Positions 14,261 to 26,300 of a DNA stretch of 45,858 nt are shown one piece after another (positions within the stretch are counted from its first letter, which is position 1; every line of letters begins with the position of its first letter). Made by a program: the position numbers and the translations under genes. The DNA comes from Perkinsus chesapeaki ATCC PRA-425 (taxonomy: Eukaryota; Protista; Perkinsozoa), in contig JAAPAO010000261.1 of assembly GCA_013115145.1 (NCBI GenBank), positions 1 through 45,858 on the forward strand, given 5' to 3'. The notes below the pieces were generated by a model that was not told the DNA's origin, searched no databases, and saw nothing but the letters and a program-made list of their open reading frames with translations.

Positions 14261-17150
14261 CTGTGAACTCCCAACCATCATCAGCTGGACTCTCCATAAT
14301 TGACGCCATTAACGACTGCAGAGTCCGTTGATATTTTTGTGGCGCGTGACAGTTCCTTACGTCTTGAACACCTCCAGGTGTCCTATCGAACACCGAGTGG
14401 TCTCTGTCAGTTTGACTGCTTCTTCGACCATTTTTTGAGCTCGGCGAAAATTCACCATCGAAAGAGAACGCACTAGACGCTCTAGGCTGGGAAAGTTCTA
14501 AGAAACACAAATCGAGCACGTGATCGATTATGACATCTTACCTCGAAGCTCGTCAATATGCATATAGCTGTCCTCTATTTCTCCCCCTCCTTTGCCCGAT
14601 ACACTTCCCGATCTCAATAGCTGCTCTGTAGACCTCTAAAACGAAATGAAGCATCCGCCGGCATGACAACAAGCAGAGAAATAAAGATGAACGAATATTA
14701 TAAATACTACAAATGTAAATTATAAATATATGAAGTTCGGGGTTGAAATAAATGTAAACAGCAAATTCAACAACCGTCAACCCCTCCAGCACAGATGCTC
14801 GGAAAAGCCAGTCTCGGCAGACTAGTACTCAATAAAACACCACCATGTTACCTTACAATAAAAAATCTAAATAATCCCCCCCCGCATTCCTATCCTTCAT
14901 TCGAAGATCACAAATGCTCATTTATCTTCCAAATTGGTGGTGTTCAAAAACGACTGTTCGTTTGAGCAAAACTAATGCTTGAGAAAAGACGACAATGCTC
15001 TCCATGAATAGAGCTATTTCCCCGCATTCGAAAACCCTAATCGAAAAAAATCGACGAGATCAATCGCAACTGCTACAGTATATGCTCACCAACTCAATCA
15101 CGCAAACGACATCAATTTCATCGCTTAACTTTTCCAGCGCGCCACAAAGTTCCTACCTTATTTTGTCTGACACTGCTACCCAGGCTAGCTGCCATAAAAC
15201 CTTCCAGTGGAGTTCCAGCACTAGAGAACGGGGAGGGTATACCCCTAGAATACGTATTCTAGAGGAAAAGTCGGTATGAACTTCTACCTGGACGGTGTTA
15301 AGTGCTGAATCATAGTCTTTAAAGTCGGTGATAACATACAAGAGTTCTGAGAGAGGAAGATACCACAGTAATCAGCCAAAGCAGAACTATTGGATTGACT
15401 CCAGGCGATAGTGGTAATAAATCATACATTTTTAATAAATAATTCTCATAAATAAATTCAAGCCATAATTTAACCAATAACTTTACATTCATCAAGGTGC
15501 CAAAAAAGCGAAAATTTTCCGATTTTCTCCCAAGAATTTTTCGTTTGAATTGACTCTGACAACCCGTCCCGAATCCTGTATCCCCAGGCCACCATGCAGC
15601 GGTCCCTGGTTCGATCCCTGGTAGCGCCGTCACCTCAATTAAAGCATCAATCGTCTCCGCGTCAGACCATCCATCAGCTTCCTCCGATATAGCAGGCAAC
15701 GGTGCTCCACCTCTGAAATATAATTTCGTGGCGCGTGAAGGACGGACACGGTCCTCGGTAATTTAACCGTGAGTAGCTGCTCGGGGTGTCATTCTCACGA
15801 GAAACAATCTCTTTCGACTTGGCAATCAATGGCGAAATTATTACTCGGAGCTCTAATTGGTTTATTCGATATATAGTCTATTATGGCATAAATCAATTCT
15901 ATCTTATGTTACCTATTGTATAACCCATAATACAGCAAATGAGCTCGAACTAGAGCCTCACACACTGAGGCGCGATTTGGTCTGGAATATAACCTCAAAG
16001 GCTCTCCAGCCACCGAGCATATCAATACTTTACCCCATTGCATTCCAGTACACTTTACCGAATACCGGAAAGCATACGAAATGCTGCCAATTGAAATGCA
16101 TATAATGTTTCCTATTTTACCACATGCAAATCTTTTAATCGAAATCCATCTAACATTTATCAGCACCTACCAACACCTTGATAGCTCCTCCACTCCCGAG
16201 GCTTCCTTACAGGACGACGCCATCAAATTCACTCAGAAAAGAATTCAATTGTTGTTCGAGAAACATACTTCTCTACTCAGATTCAGGATCGTTTTCTGAG
16301 CCGTCATTCATCATCGTATACCGTAAAAACGTTATCCATATCGGTGATCTCAGGAAACACCGAGCTCAAAAGAATAAGTTCTCGGTAAGCGAATTCCCTC
16401 TACCAGCTCCTCCCCTGGTAAAACTTCCCCTTAACCACCTTGCTCGTTTCCTTGCTGACTTTGCCATTCTCCCCCCTCCGCCCCCATGCCATGCTGTGCC
16501 GGTTGCCGTAGGGTCTTTAAGCATCCTATGTATCAACCCTTGTGCCATATTCTCTACTACTTCAACCTTTAACATATGTAACCGTGATAAGCCCAATAGG
16601 AGGGGACCAGATGTCCTGAAAGCCAACACGCCGCCCTACTGACACCCTAATTTAATGCCGAACGGAGACCTGCATCCGACGTAGACAATTGTGCTCCAAA
16701 ATTTGTTCGGCAAATTACCAAACCTTAGTTTATATTCAGCCGTGGAGCACCTTGGGATGCCGATATAATGTGTATTTTTACCACGGGAACTCAATGAGAT
16801 ATTGATCAACCGCAAAAAGAAATACAAACACCTTTATTTTAACATATTTCCGAAAGCCCGGCGCCCTAGAAGTCACCTCCTCTGGCAGCAGTTCAGTGCT
16901 AGACTTTGAAGAAGCTGTAACGATATTCAAGCCCAGCGATTGACTGTAGACACATCGCGAGTGGCGGCGGTCTTTGCCTATATTACTTCATTTCACTGCT
17001 GCTCATCACCAGTCTTGCCGCTTCACTCAGTTTGATGTCCAACGCAGCTTCCTTACTCAGACTCTTCAGAGCGTACGCTAATCGCCAGAGAACCACAAGG
17101 GGATCTCCGATACCATCTGACGACGGAAAGTCTCAATGCGCCACAAAATT
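14256..17150 (-). pseudogene. Multi-exon gene or partly decayed gene of unknown product
   Basis: The 3' exons splice in frame (...RSTEQLLRSGSVSGKGGGEIEDSYMHIDELR|ELSQPRASS...DDGWEFTG*; ELLYVITDFKDYDSALNTVQ|NTYSRGIPSPFSSAGTPLEGF...). The 5' part (15760-17150) carries many stops. Confidence 0.4.
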
Positions 17151-18180
17151 ATGCGGGTAAACTTTTCCTCTTCATTCGAGAAGATCAAAGTTCGAACCGG
17201 AGAGTCATCTAACCTCACGGAGGAGTGTTCCTACAACGGCGGGGATACGACGGGAATTCAAATAAGAAATGTTCCCAAAGCAAAATATACACATTTCAAC
17301 GACTGTAGGTTTTTTGAGACCACTATAATTGTAATAACTGCCGTATTACTGTTTAGTAAGCCTTCAGATTAGTTTAGTGCCTCGCCAGTAGCGCGCTACA
17401 GGAACTAGATGTTTTTTTCGGTTTTTCCATCAGAAACTGCATCCCATGTCCTCCGTACCTCCATTCTCTCCAACCTTCTTCCGTCTAGGCGTTCTCAACT
17501 TTGACATTGAAAGATTCCTTCGAGGTTGATTGAATCACCTCCCCTAATTTATACTAACTCGACTCCTGCTTAATTCGTTGAAAAATCACTTATCTTGACA
17601 GCAAAGGATATTAGAGTGTTTTCAAGTGACCTCAACAACCCTAGGAATCACCTAACTATAAACATAGGCCTCTATGACCAGGAATACCAACAATGACGAC
17701 GACCGAATCCCCTCCAAAAACACCACAACGATGAACCGAGAAACTCGATAATGTCATCAGCTGGCGGCGCTGACGGAAGGGAACGGTCACGGATATCATC
17801 CTGGGAATAAAAAATACTTGGCACGAGCAGCAGTTTACGGGGCAACGTCATCTTAACAATTACCGCTCATACCGACTTTTCGACAATAATGATAGTAAAT
17901 AACACCATATTCGCCGAGGCTCGGGAAATACAACCACAAGCCTCGGGAGGAGAGACGAGGGATCCGTCACCGCTACTGAAAGGATGGGGGGCTCATAGAA
18001 AATTATTTAGCACACTCGAACATCGTCATCACATGCTCCATGCGACTGACATTCGAAATATGCTGGCACTATAAAACGAAGTGTTGTCAATAGAACAACA
18101 AGAGAGGAAAGTACAGCTAATGATGATAGAATGCTACCGGTGAGCGAGCTTAGAATCTTAAGGAACACATTTAAACAACA

Positions 18181-19269
18181 TTAATCCCATACGGAGCTGT
18201 ATGGACGGCGATTCACCGAGCTCGTGGTGAACCTTCGGGCACTCTCCTGGTTCTGGTCCAACAAGCATGATTCAAAACCAGTCGAGAAGGCCCTGGAGGG
18301 CAGCAAAGTGTCAGTCGGTACCTCATCAAAAGGGTTAACCGCCATCGACCCGCTTCGAAGCTCCCGCATGAACTCTGGTAGCTGCCTGTCATCATTGGTC
18401 CCCGAGCTCATTGGGCTTGTAGATGGCTGAGATGATGTTGCAGAATCCGAGCAAGATGATAAAGACTCTCCGGTAGCGTGCCTGTGTTTTCGTTCAAACA
18501 CCTGCACCTCGCACGAATGACCGCAAATGACATGCTTCGGTGTCGCCAATATCCTCGAGACAACTTCAGGGTCCTCCATAACAACGAAACCGACGCTCGG
18601 GGGTCTGACACGGACGCTCTTCTCGTTGGTCTCGGCACCGGTAGAGGCAGTTCTTGCTTGTCGATGAAGTACTAGAATGTTAGTAACCTTGCCCCACATT
18701 GAGAAATACTCTCTCAGCTTTGGCGGAGACTCGAAACCAAGCTTCTGGATCTTCCTCACAGTGAAAACTCTTCTCTCATCGACATTACTGAGCGATCTCA
18801 ATACGTGCCATAAAGGCACACCGTGATCGGGAAAGTTAGTTTCGGTAGTGACAGCCTCGGTAGGTTGTTGCTGAACTTCGGTAGAGGCCTTCGAACCGGA
18901 GGTAACAACCGACCTGTAGCTTGGTCTCTGAGGGACATTATCAGCGGCAACTACAGGGATGTTCGAGGGGGAACTCATCGTAGTCGCCGGAGATGTACTG
19001 TTCAAACCGCTGAGTGTTGCCACCAAAGTGTTAGAAGCTGCCAGGCGATCGGCCAAGGTGTCAACCTGTGTGGTAAGAGTGTTATTGCGCTCCCTCTCAA
19101 CGCTGACTTCACTCTCTAAACGCTGAATAACAGACCAGAGACGAAGCAACAGGTCAGAAGAGGGCATAGAAGGCTGAGAGCCGGCCTCGTTGGGGGCAGT
19201 CGGAAAGGACGAAAGCTGGGCCACCGGCGCTGGAACGTTGGTCCTCTGTTGTGTGTAGGAAATGGCCAT
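18181..19269 (-). CDS. Intronless 362-aa protein with N-terminal coiled coil and an RRM-like domain
   Basis: Uninterrupted ORF; VFTVRKIQKLGFES...LREYFSMWGKVTNILVLH...RVRPPSVGFVVM...HVICGHSCEVQVFE fits the RRM topology and resembles the dinoflagellate/perkinsid RRM family. Confidence 0.8.
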   Translation of the reverse strand: MAISYTQQRTNVPAPVAQLSSFPTAPNEAGSQPSMPSSDLLLRLWSVIQRLESEVSVERERNNTLTTQVDTLADRLAASNTLVATLSGLNSTSPATTMSSPSNIPVVAADNVPQRPSYRSVVTSGSKASTEVQQQPTEAVTTETNFPDHGVPLWHVLRSLSNVDERRVFTVRKIQKLGFESPPKLREYFSMWGKVTNILVLHRQARTASTGAETNEKSVRVRPPSVGFVVMEDPEVVSRILATPKHVICGHSCEVQVFERKHRHATGESLSSCSDSATSSQPSTSPMSSGTNDDRQLPEFMRELRSGSMAVNPFDEVPTDTLLPSRAFSTGFESCLLDQNQESARRFTTSSVNRRPYSSVWD

Positions 19270-19780
19270 TAATAGGTGCCAATAAAGAGTGCATAACTGA
19301 ATAACAACAAGTCACCAAAGTCGCCCAAAGGAACGTTCACCTCCGCGAAAGCAAGATTAATGTCGGACAAAACGCTAGCGCTAGCGAGAATCTTCCACAA
19401 TAAAGTTGTTGTCTCCTTTTTCACACTTTGATTTGTACACTTGTTTGTCCGCGTTAATCCCATTATAGTACTGCCTTGTTTCTAGGAGTGCTTCTCTGAA
19501 TTGTTTGCTGTAACCTAGGATACTCAACCCCGGTGTGTTATGAAGTGCACGGTGCTAGAAGTGATGGTTGGCTTAAGCTAGATGCTGTGCAGCGCTAAGG
19601 TGGATAATAACGGACAATTGATGAAAATTTGAGAAAAAGTCGGTATGAACCTCACTAACTGAGTCTTCGTGAATTGTAAGTAACACTTGAAGGAGGGTCT
19701 AACTAGTATGCAGAGAGATACAAAAAACGGTCGAGTAGCAGAATTTCGATCAGAGCAATTACTGATGCAAAAGTGCCAGC

Positions 19781-19853
19781 GCCCCGCTGGCCCAATGGAT
19801 AAGGCGCCACCCTCCTAAGGTGGAGATTCCGGGTTCGATCCCCGGGTGGGGTA
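19781..19853 (+). tRNA. tRNA-Arg (CCT)
   Basis: GCCCCGCTGGCCCAATGGATAAGGCGCCACCCTCCTAAGGTGGAGATTCCGGGTTCGATCCCCGGGTGGGGTA; anticodon arm CCACC-CT-CCT-AA-GGTGG. Confidence 0.95.
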
Positions 19854-19934
19854 GTTTCAACCGCCGCAGCATTTACCTGGTAAATAAGCAGAATGACGTT
19901 TCATCTTTCAAGTTCATTCACTTATTCTCTCCCA

Positions 19935-21712
19935 ATGGGTGCCGTCACTTCAACTCCATTATCGGAAGCTAGAGCAGCATCTGCTTCGCGTAATAATCAA
20001 TCGAAATTAACGTCTCTCTGCAAAGTCAAATTCCTGCGATGCCAGCCACTCGTACCAACTTTTGTTTTTATTTCACTCGGAACCCTTTCGGTTACAATAT
20101 GATAGATCACTATTTGATGAATCCTCACAACGTTTTATTCGTGCTTAGTGCCTGCTAGTTCCCGTGTAGCGGTGGTAGCAGGAGCTACTGGCGCCACTGG
20201 CCGGTGGGTGGTCAGCGAACTATTGAACTCCCCTGTTGTTACTAAGGTAAGTTATAAGGGTATTGGAGGATATTCATACTAGAGCTCAGGTTATTGCGGT
20301 TACCCGGAACGACATTTCTGATGCAAAAACCGTATTCCACGAGGTCAAGTCCGAAGAGGCCTACGGGAAGTTGGTGGTGGCTCCGGCCGACTGGAAAAAG
20401 ATGGCAGAAAAACCGGACGAAGCTACATTGCCCGAGCGTGCTCTTGAAACAGTAAGTATCTTAATCCGATACGAAATGCACGCTTCAACCTGTCAGCTGA
20501 ATGCCGCTACTCCTGATGGTGGCACTTCTATTGCATTCTGTTGTATGGGCTCTTCCCCTTATACTGAGGAGTCCGACTATCTCGCACCCAAAGCATTTGC
20601 GCATGCGTGCAAGAAGGCTGATGACAGTGTTGGGATGTCCCTGGTAGTAAAGGGGGGATGGAGCTAGTTGGAGTTATACAGGCTAGAAGGAATATAATGA
20701 GTAAAATTGAATTGATTGAAGTCGATAAAATAAAATATCTCCCTAGCAAATAGCTCCGAGCGCGATAAGCATTCAGTCTAAGCGTGTTTCTTACTATCAT
20801 AGAAGAAGCGTTTAGTGCCGGAGATCGATTGGTCATCCAGTACCGCTATTTGCGGTACTAAGGGGAGTTAATCCTCGAGTGTCCTACATATATGTTCCCT
20901 ATATAAGATAACAATTAGGACATGAACAATGTTACTGGCAGAAGGATATAGTTATTACTCATGCGCTTACCCCCCATATCAAACTCGGTAGTGACAAACC
21001 ATAAAATCGTGCAAGCACTTGAACAACGTAATGGAGAGGCGAGCAGCTTTCGAATAGGTTTTCTGGTTAAGTCTGATTGATTCGCTTCAATATACTTGCT
21101 CAAATTCGCCTACATTTTTAACCTGTGCTTGCTAAGAAGTGTATGTTACTGAGGGTATGTCTTCTACTGTCTGATAGCGTACCATATTCGCCAAATAGTG
21201 ATAAAATTAGTAGTAACGTTGTTAGGAGATTAGTATGTACCAAGTCTATGATACCCTTTCGAGTGATGGTATAAGCCACCACAGCTGAAGGGTTTCTACT
21301 AGTTGAACACCTTATAAAATGTACGTGCTCACGGTCAAATTGGTCACGTAGCGTCACCGCTCAGCGGCATATTGTTGGTTGCCGGTCTCTGGTTTCGAAA
21401 CAGTGAACGGTGAAAATTCCTATTCTAAAATATTTCACAGTTACTGTAGCTGGTAGGTGTGAATTAGTATTGCCAATCCTACGAATCTTTCGGGTGCGCA
21501 AAGATACCACCTTTCAGGTATCTTCCGGTGGTGCAGACCCTACGTCCCTAAATGGGTATCTTAAAACCATTGGGAAGAGGGAGGAAACATTTGAGGGAAT
21601 GCAGTTTGAATATCTATCGATCTTCCGACCGGGCATGTTGATGAGGCAAGAGAAGCAGAGAACAAAAAAAAAGATATTCATGCCTTTGGTAATAATAATA
21701 CTGGAATCCTGA
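19935..21712 (+). CDS. TIP30/HTATIP2-like NAD(P)-binding Rossmann-fold protein, multi-exon (3' end approximate)
   Basis: VAVVAGATGATGRWVVSELL (GxxGxxG), AFCCMGS, VSSGGADPTSLNGYLKTIG, FEYLSIFRPGML match TIP30-family motifs; ~0.9 kb internal intron. Confidence 0.75.
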
Positions 21713-22146
21713 AGGTGTCAGAAGAATTGCGATTTTCCTGCTAAAGTCGACGTTGTGATGATATTGATATCAAGTTGAAATGAGTAAAAGTTCGGCGTTG
21801 ATGTTGAGGTCAACGTTTCTAGACGGCTGGTTAATTTCGTTGGTGCTAGCTGTTATGAGTCATGTTTCCTTACCATGTTGGATACGTAAACCTGAGACGG
21901 GTGGTCATAATTACGGAACATGATCTTTTGGATGATAGAGATCCACCGCCGGGACCTACTGTAGAGAGGCTTGTACTATATGAGGTATCTTGCGGCACGA
22001 TTGATGCAAACCTCACCTTATACCACATCATTCTCCGTGAATTTCGTGGCGAGTGACGGAAATGTATTTTGAACATGTAGCGGTTAAAACATCCGACTCC
22101 GGTCACTTTTATAATTGGTGGAATTTGGAATCGAGCTCATCGAAAG

Positions 22147-22519
22147 TCCGAACCGATTAGTGTCGCGGTATTGAGTATCTGGATATTGCCAAAATGATCA
22201 AGTGCGTCTTGATCGGGACAATCCATTTGTGNNNNNNNNNNNNNNNNNNNNNNNNNNNNNNNNNNNNNNNNNNNNNNNNNNNNNNNNNNNNNNNNNNNNN
22301 NNNNNNNNNNNNNNNNNNNNATCCATTTGTGTGCTCCGAACCGATTAGGGTCGTAGTATTGAGTATCTTGATATTGCCAAAATGATCAAGTGCGTCTTGA
22401 TCGGGACAATCCATTTGTGTGCTCCGAACCGATTAGGGTCGTAGTATTGAGTATCTTGATATTGCCAAAATGATCAAGTGCGTCTTGACCGGGACAATCC
22501 GTTTGTGTGCTCCGAACCG
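22147..22519. repeat. 88-bp tandem repeat (minisatellite) spanning an N gap (22232-22320)
   Basis: Unit starts recur at 22321, 22409 and 22497 (88-bp period); a further diverged copy precedes the gap. Confidence 0.95.
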
Positions 22520-22794
22520 CGGCCGAACTTTGTCCTATTTAGGCCCCGCCAAAGTATCGCGTTGACACCCGTGAAGTAGCCAAAGCTATCGTATTTGATG
22601 CCACACATACGATGAGAGAAACGGGCAAAAGTGTTATATTTAGCAATGGGGACATTCAGGCAACTGCTAGGGTGGCCGAGGTTGCACAGGATTGAGGGAT
22701 GATTCATACCGATTTTTCCTCTGATCCTTATTTCGTTGTAGTGGGGGTTAATTTAGGGGCGCGCGGTAATGGTTAGGTTTTTAATGCTTGTTCT

Positions 22795-23215
22795 GTGAGG
22801 ATGTCATCTGAGCCAGAAGGCAGTGATAATTTAGTGGCGCGTGACGCTAGGAGGAAACCCCCGCCACCGCCGCCTAGGAAAGCGAAGTTGCCGGGTGTTA
22901 GTAATCGACGGGGAGATTCTAAAAGTGACGGGGAGGATCAAGAGGAGAATCCTGGTAGTAAATTGGGGACAGAAATTGTGTCATTTGAGAGAAGAACGGT
23001 ACTCGTGAAAACAAGGGAAAGATGAGGCAAGCGGGCTTGGGAAATGATCCTGAGTCCCGTAAAGGCGCACTTGTGAGAATTCCAAGCAGTAGAGAAGTCT
23101 GCTTTTCATTGGTTTTGCTGAGATTGTGTTGCACGCTTCGAGCACGATTTGAGGAGTGGTCAGAAATCGATATTCGAGCCTTGGATGCGCGAAACTGTTG
23201 AAATAAACGTAAGTT
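22795..23215 (+). pseudogene. Decayed ORF, Pro/Arg-rich N-terminus, unknown origin
   Basis: One frame continues through three TGA codons: ...VKTRER*GKRAWEMILSPVKAHL*EFQAVEKSAFHWFC*DCVARFEHDLRSGQKSIFEPWMRETVEIN. Confidence 0.35.
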
Positions 23216-23300
23216 AGAGAATTCTAGGAAAAATTCCACGGCGAACGTGTAGTTATCAATGATGTGTTGTTGTACAGTGTAATAGAGTGAGTGGTTGCAT

Positions 23301-26300
23301 ATGTGGGAAAACGAAAAGGAATCGGGTGAGCTGGCTGGTTAGAGGTGTATTGGGTTTACAATGTAGATAAGGAACGGTTGATAAAATGTATGTTAACTGG
23401 TATACTAGTAAAATTAATAATGGGAGTGATTGAGTGGCACCAAAGATTGAGGGAGCTCAAGAGGGTGTAATTGATTAGGTCGTTGTTTTCAGATTTCTCC
23501 GCACTACTGGATGAGTTAAAGTGCACACAATCATTGTCATCGTTGGTGAATGCTCCAAATGACATTGAGGTGAGCGGGAAGCTTGTGGAAGAAGCTCCCT
23601 GTGAGGATTTGAGGAATTTTGGGGGAACTGTCGGGAACGTTAATGAGCTCTGTCCCAAACGCCTTGGCCTACTTACTCGCTCCAAACTATGTGGCACGCC
23701 GCCGCCGCTAGCTTTCCGTCGATGCTGCGTCGAACGAAACCCTTCAGAGACCTTTTTCGATAGCAAGGCCACTAATCTGGCGAGTAGGGGAATCGTGCCC
23801 GCGGATGGGGATCTCGGGTTTCCATAACTGAGAGACCAATGATGAGCTAGCTATGGATCGATCCCGGATCATTTCGCTGAAGTGTTTTTGTCGCTCTATC
23901 AGATCTCGCCAGAAGGGTCGAATGAAGCATCAACAGCACACTCACTCGGAGGCAACTTTCTAGCAGTTCTTGGAGCGTCGGGCAAACCGGCGGGACCGTC
24001 AGGGCAGGCGAGTAGGAAGCGAAAAGCTGTGGGTTCGATTCCATGATGTTCCATTTTAGGTTTGTACAACGCTCCGACCCCAGCTGCGTTTGCGGGAGCC
24101 AGCGGCGTGCTGCCGGTTGAATCAAGTCAAATGATTCGACCGCTGCTGGACTTGCCTCCTTCGGAAGCTTTGGCGATGCTACCGTCGTTGGAGCCTCCTG
24201 AAGGCATCAAATTTGACAGGTATTTCATACCGACTTCTCCTCCAATCTTCTTGAAATCTTAGTATACCCCATTCCCTTCTATAGTACCTATAATTAAGTA
24301 TCTTGTATAGCATTTTTATATATCAACCCTCAAGTCTGTTAGATACCTCAGCACCCTAGCTCCGGGTTTCACAGGCGTCACGGCGTCACACGATGAGGGC
24401 TCGGCTAACAACAAGCAAGAACGGAAAGGCTCCGAATCTGCGTCTGTTGGCGGAGTCCATCTGAAGGGCGTACCGGAAGTTTATTTTGATGAGAACTACA
24501 CTCTCGGGGAGTCGCCGGTGTTTGCGGGTAAAGATTCATTTTAGGTCGGATTGGATGCAGATGGTCAGGAAAAATACGACATATACCGAAAACATGGAAA
24601 GATCTTTCCGTTGGTGAAATGCGTCTTATCGTATTCGTAATTCTAATAATACTTTGCCTTACAAGTGAGGTATTTTTAAATAGGCCAAATTTGGGCCGCA
24701 GGTGCTAAGAATTTCGGTGTGACTTTACCAGTTCAAAACAACCAAGAAGATTTCAGAATTATATTAGACTATAGTTTATAAGAAGTGATATAGTTTATAA
24801 GCCACTGTACGGTTATCATACTGCCAGGGAGTCGCAGAGAGACACCAAATGTTAGATCCAGAACTAATGCATTTTATGTTCCTTTTTGGTCTAGGAACAT
24901 TTTTCCACTATATCTTTTTATTGGGAGTGTTTTACCCCCGAGGAATACTGACGACTTTCTGGTAGTAGTTATTTGGTATGTAGTAACATCTTCAACGTCT
25001 TCGAAGGGTACATAAGATGGTGTCTTGGAGTGATAGACCTGCTAGCAATTCATTTCTGTCAACACACCTTTGTTAGGTTTCATCATTTGGTTCTTGTTAG
25101 GTAAATCACTTCGATCACTGGTACAGGATCAAGATGATGCTAATACTCAATTAGCACAGCAACTCGACACTGTGGAGGTAAGGGAGGATTTACAGACATT
25201 ATATTTTCCAAGTAGAGGCCACAGTGAACTATTGCTTATTCGTATGCCCACTTACGAAATGGTTCGCTAATGGTTCGGGTTGATGCAAATTAGAGCAAGT
25301 CACATGTGGCTATCCTTGACGTTCCTCTATGGCCCTCGGCTTAGAGTATTGCCTGATCCTCCGTCCACATTTGTATTGGATTTAATATTCTGCCATTTTT
25401 ATAATACTGACTCAGGCTGTCATTGACAGCCTCAATCTCAGCACAATATGCAGCGCAACCTGGACTGTTGTGAGTGTTGCCCACACAAAGGTTCAGCCGG
25501 TGCGGTAAGCAATGCACGGTCAAGATCACCGAGGTGTTGCTATCGACTCCAGCGTCTTCAGCAACGGCCCGATCGATATAGGTTGTTGCACCAATCGAGC
25601 GCCCAATCATAACGCTGGCGCCATCCGTCGACATGCTGAATACTTGTTTCGGACTTATGCCGAACTCGGCCAATTCTTCCAGAAGTGCCTTAGCAACGTC
25701 TTCGCCGGTTCCTCCGCTCATTTCGGTTAGTCCCAAGCATATTTGACGCTCATAACCTGGAACTCTAATGTAAGTGAGCAGCTGTTTTACGACCGAAACA
25801 TCAGTGGACTCGTCGCACGTGAGCCCTATTGCGAGGGCGTCCTTGCAGATCTCAGATATCCTTTCGGTTTGGCTTAAGTGCGGTGCACGGCCCACTACCC
25901 ATGGATATTCATGGGATTTTCAGCCATTGGGTATCATCACTCTATGCTTCTCCATAAGGCCCAGAATGCCAGGGACTTTTCTTAGAGCAATGAATTCACT
26001 GGTGACGTAGCCCACAGCGTCGAAGAAAGGCAACATTCTTCTATCTTGGTCCTCCAGTTTTTCCTGCCGTTTTTCCTCAAGCTACGCAACTCTGCAATGC
26101 GGCCACTATCAAGGGCTGCTTGGACTTGTTGTCGCCCACGGCCTCGTGCGAGGCGGCATGTTCGGCAAGTCTGGAACCTGGCTTCCAGGACGAGATTGCC
26201 CCACAGCGCTTGCAACCACACTCTCGCTGTATACAGTATACAAGAAAAAACCAGTGGAGTATACAGTATACTCCAGTGGAGTAACTCCACTGGTTTTTTC

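Noticed and set aside
14760-14822. RDWLFRASVLEGLTVVEF resembling the Helitron DY.FRP..LE...YEF motif
   Set aside because: No HUH Rep motifs upstream and no PIF1 helicase motifs downstream.
15760-16850. Protein-looking frame with many stops, suggesting stop-codon reassignment
   Set aside because: Stop density is about that of random sequence, and intact genes here terminate normally at TAA, TGA or TAG.
22147-22519. CRISPR-like array
   Set aside because: The units are contiguous near-identical 88-mers with no unique spacers, no cas genes are present, and the context is eukaryotic.
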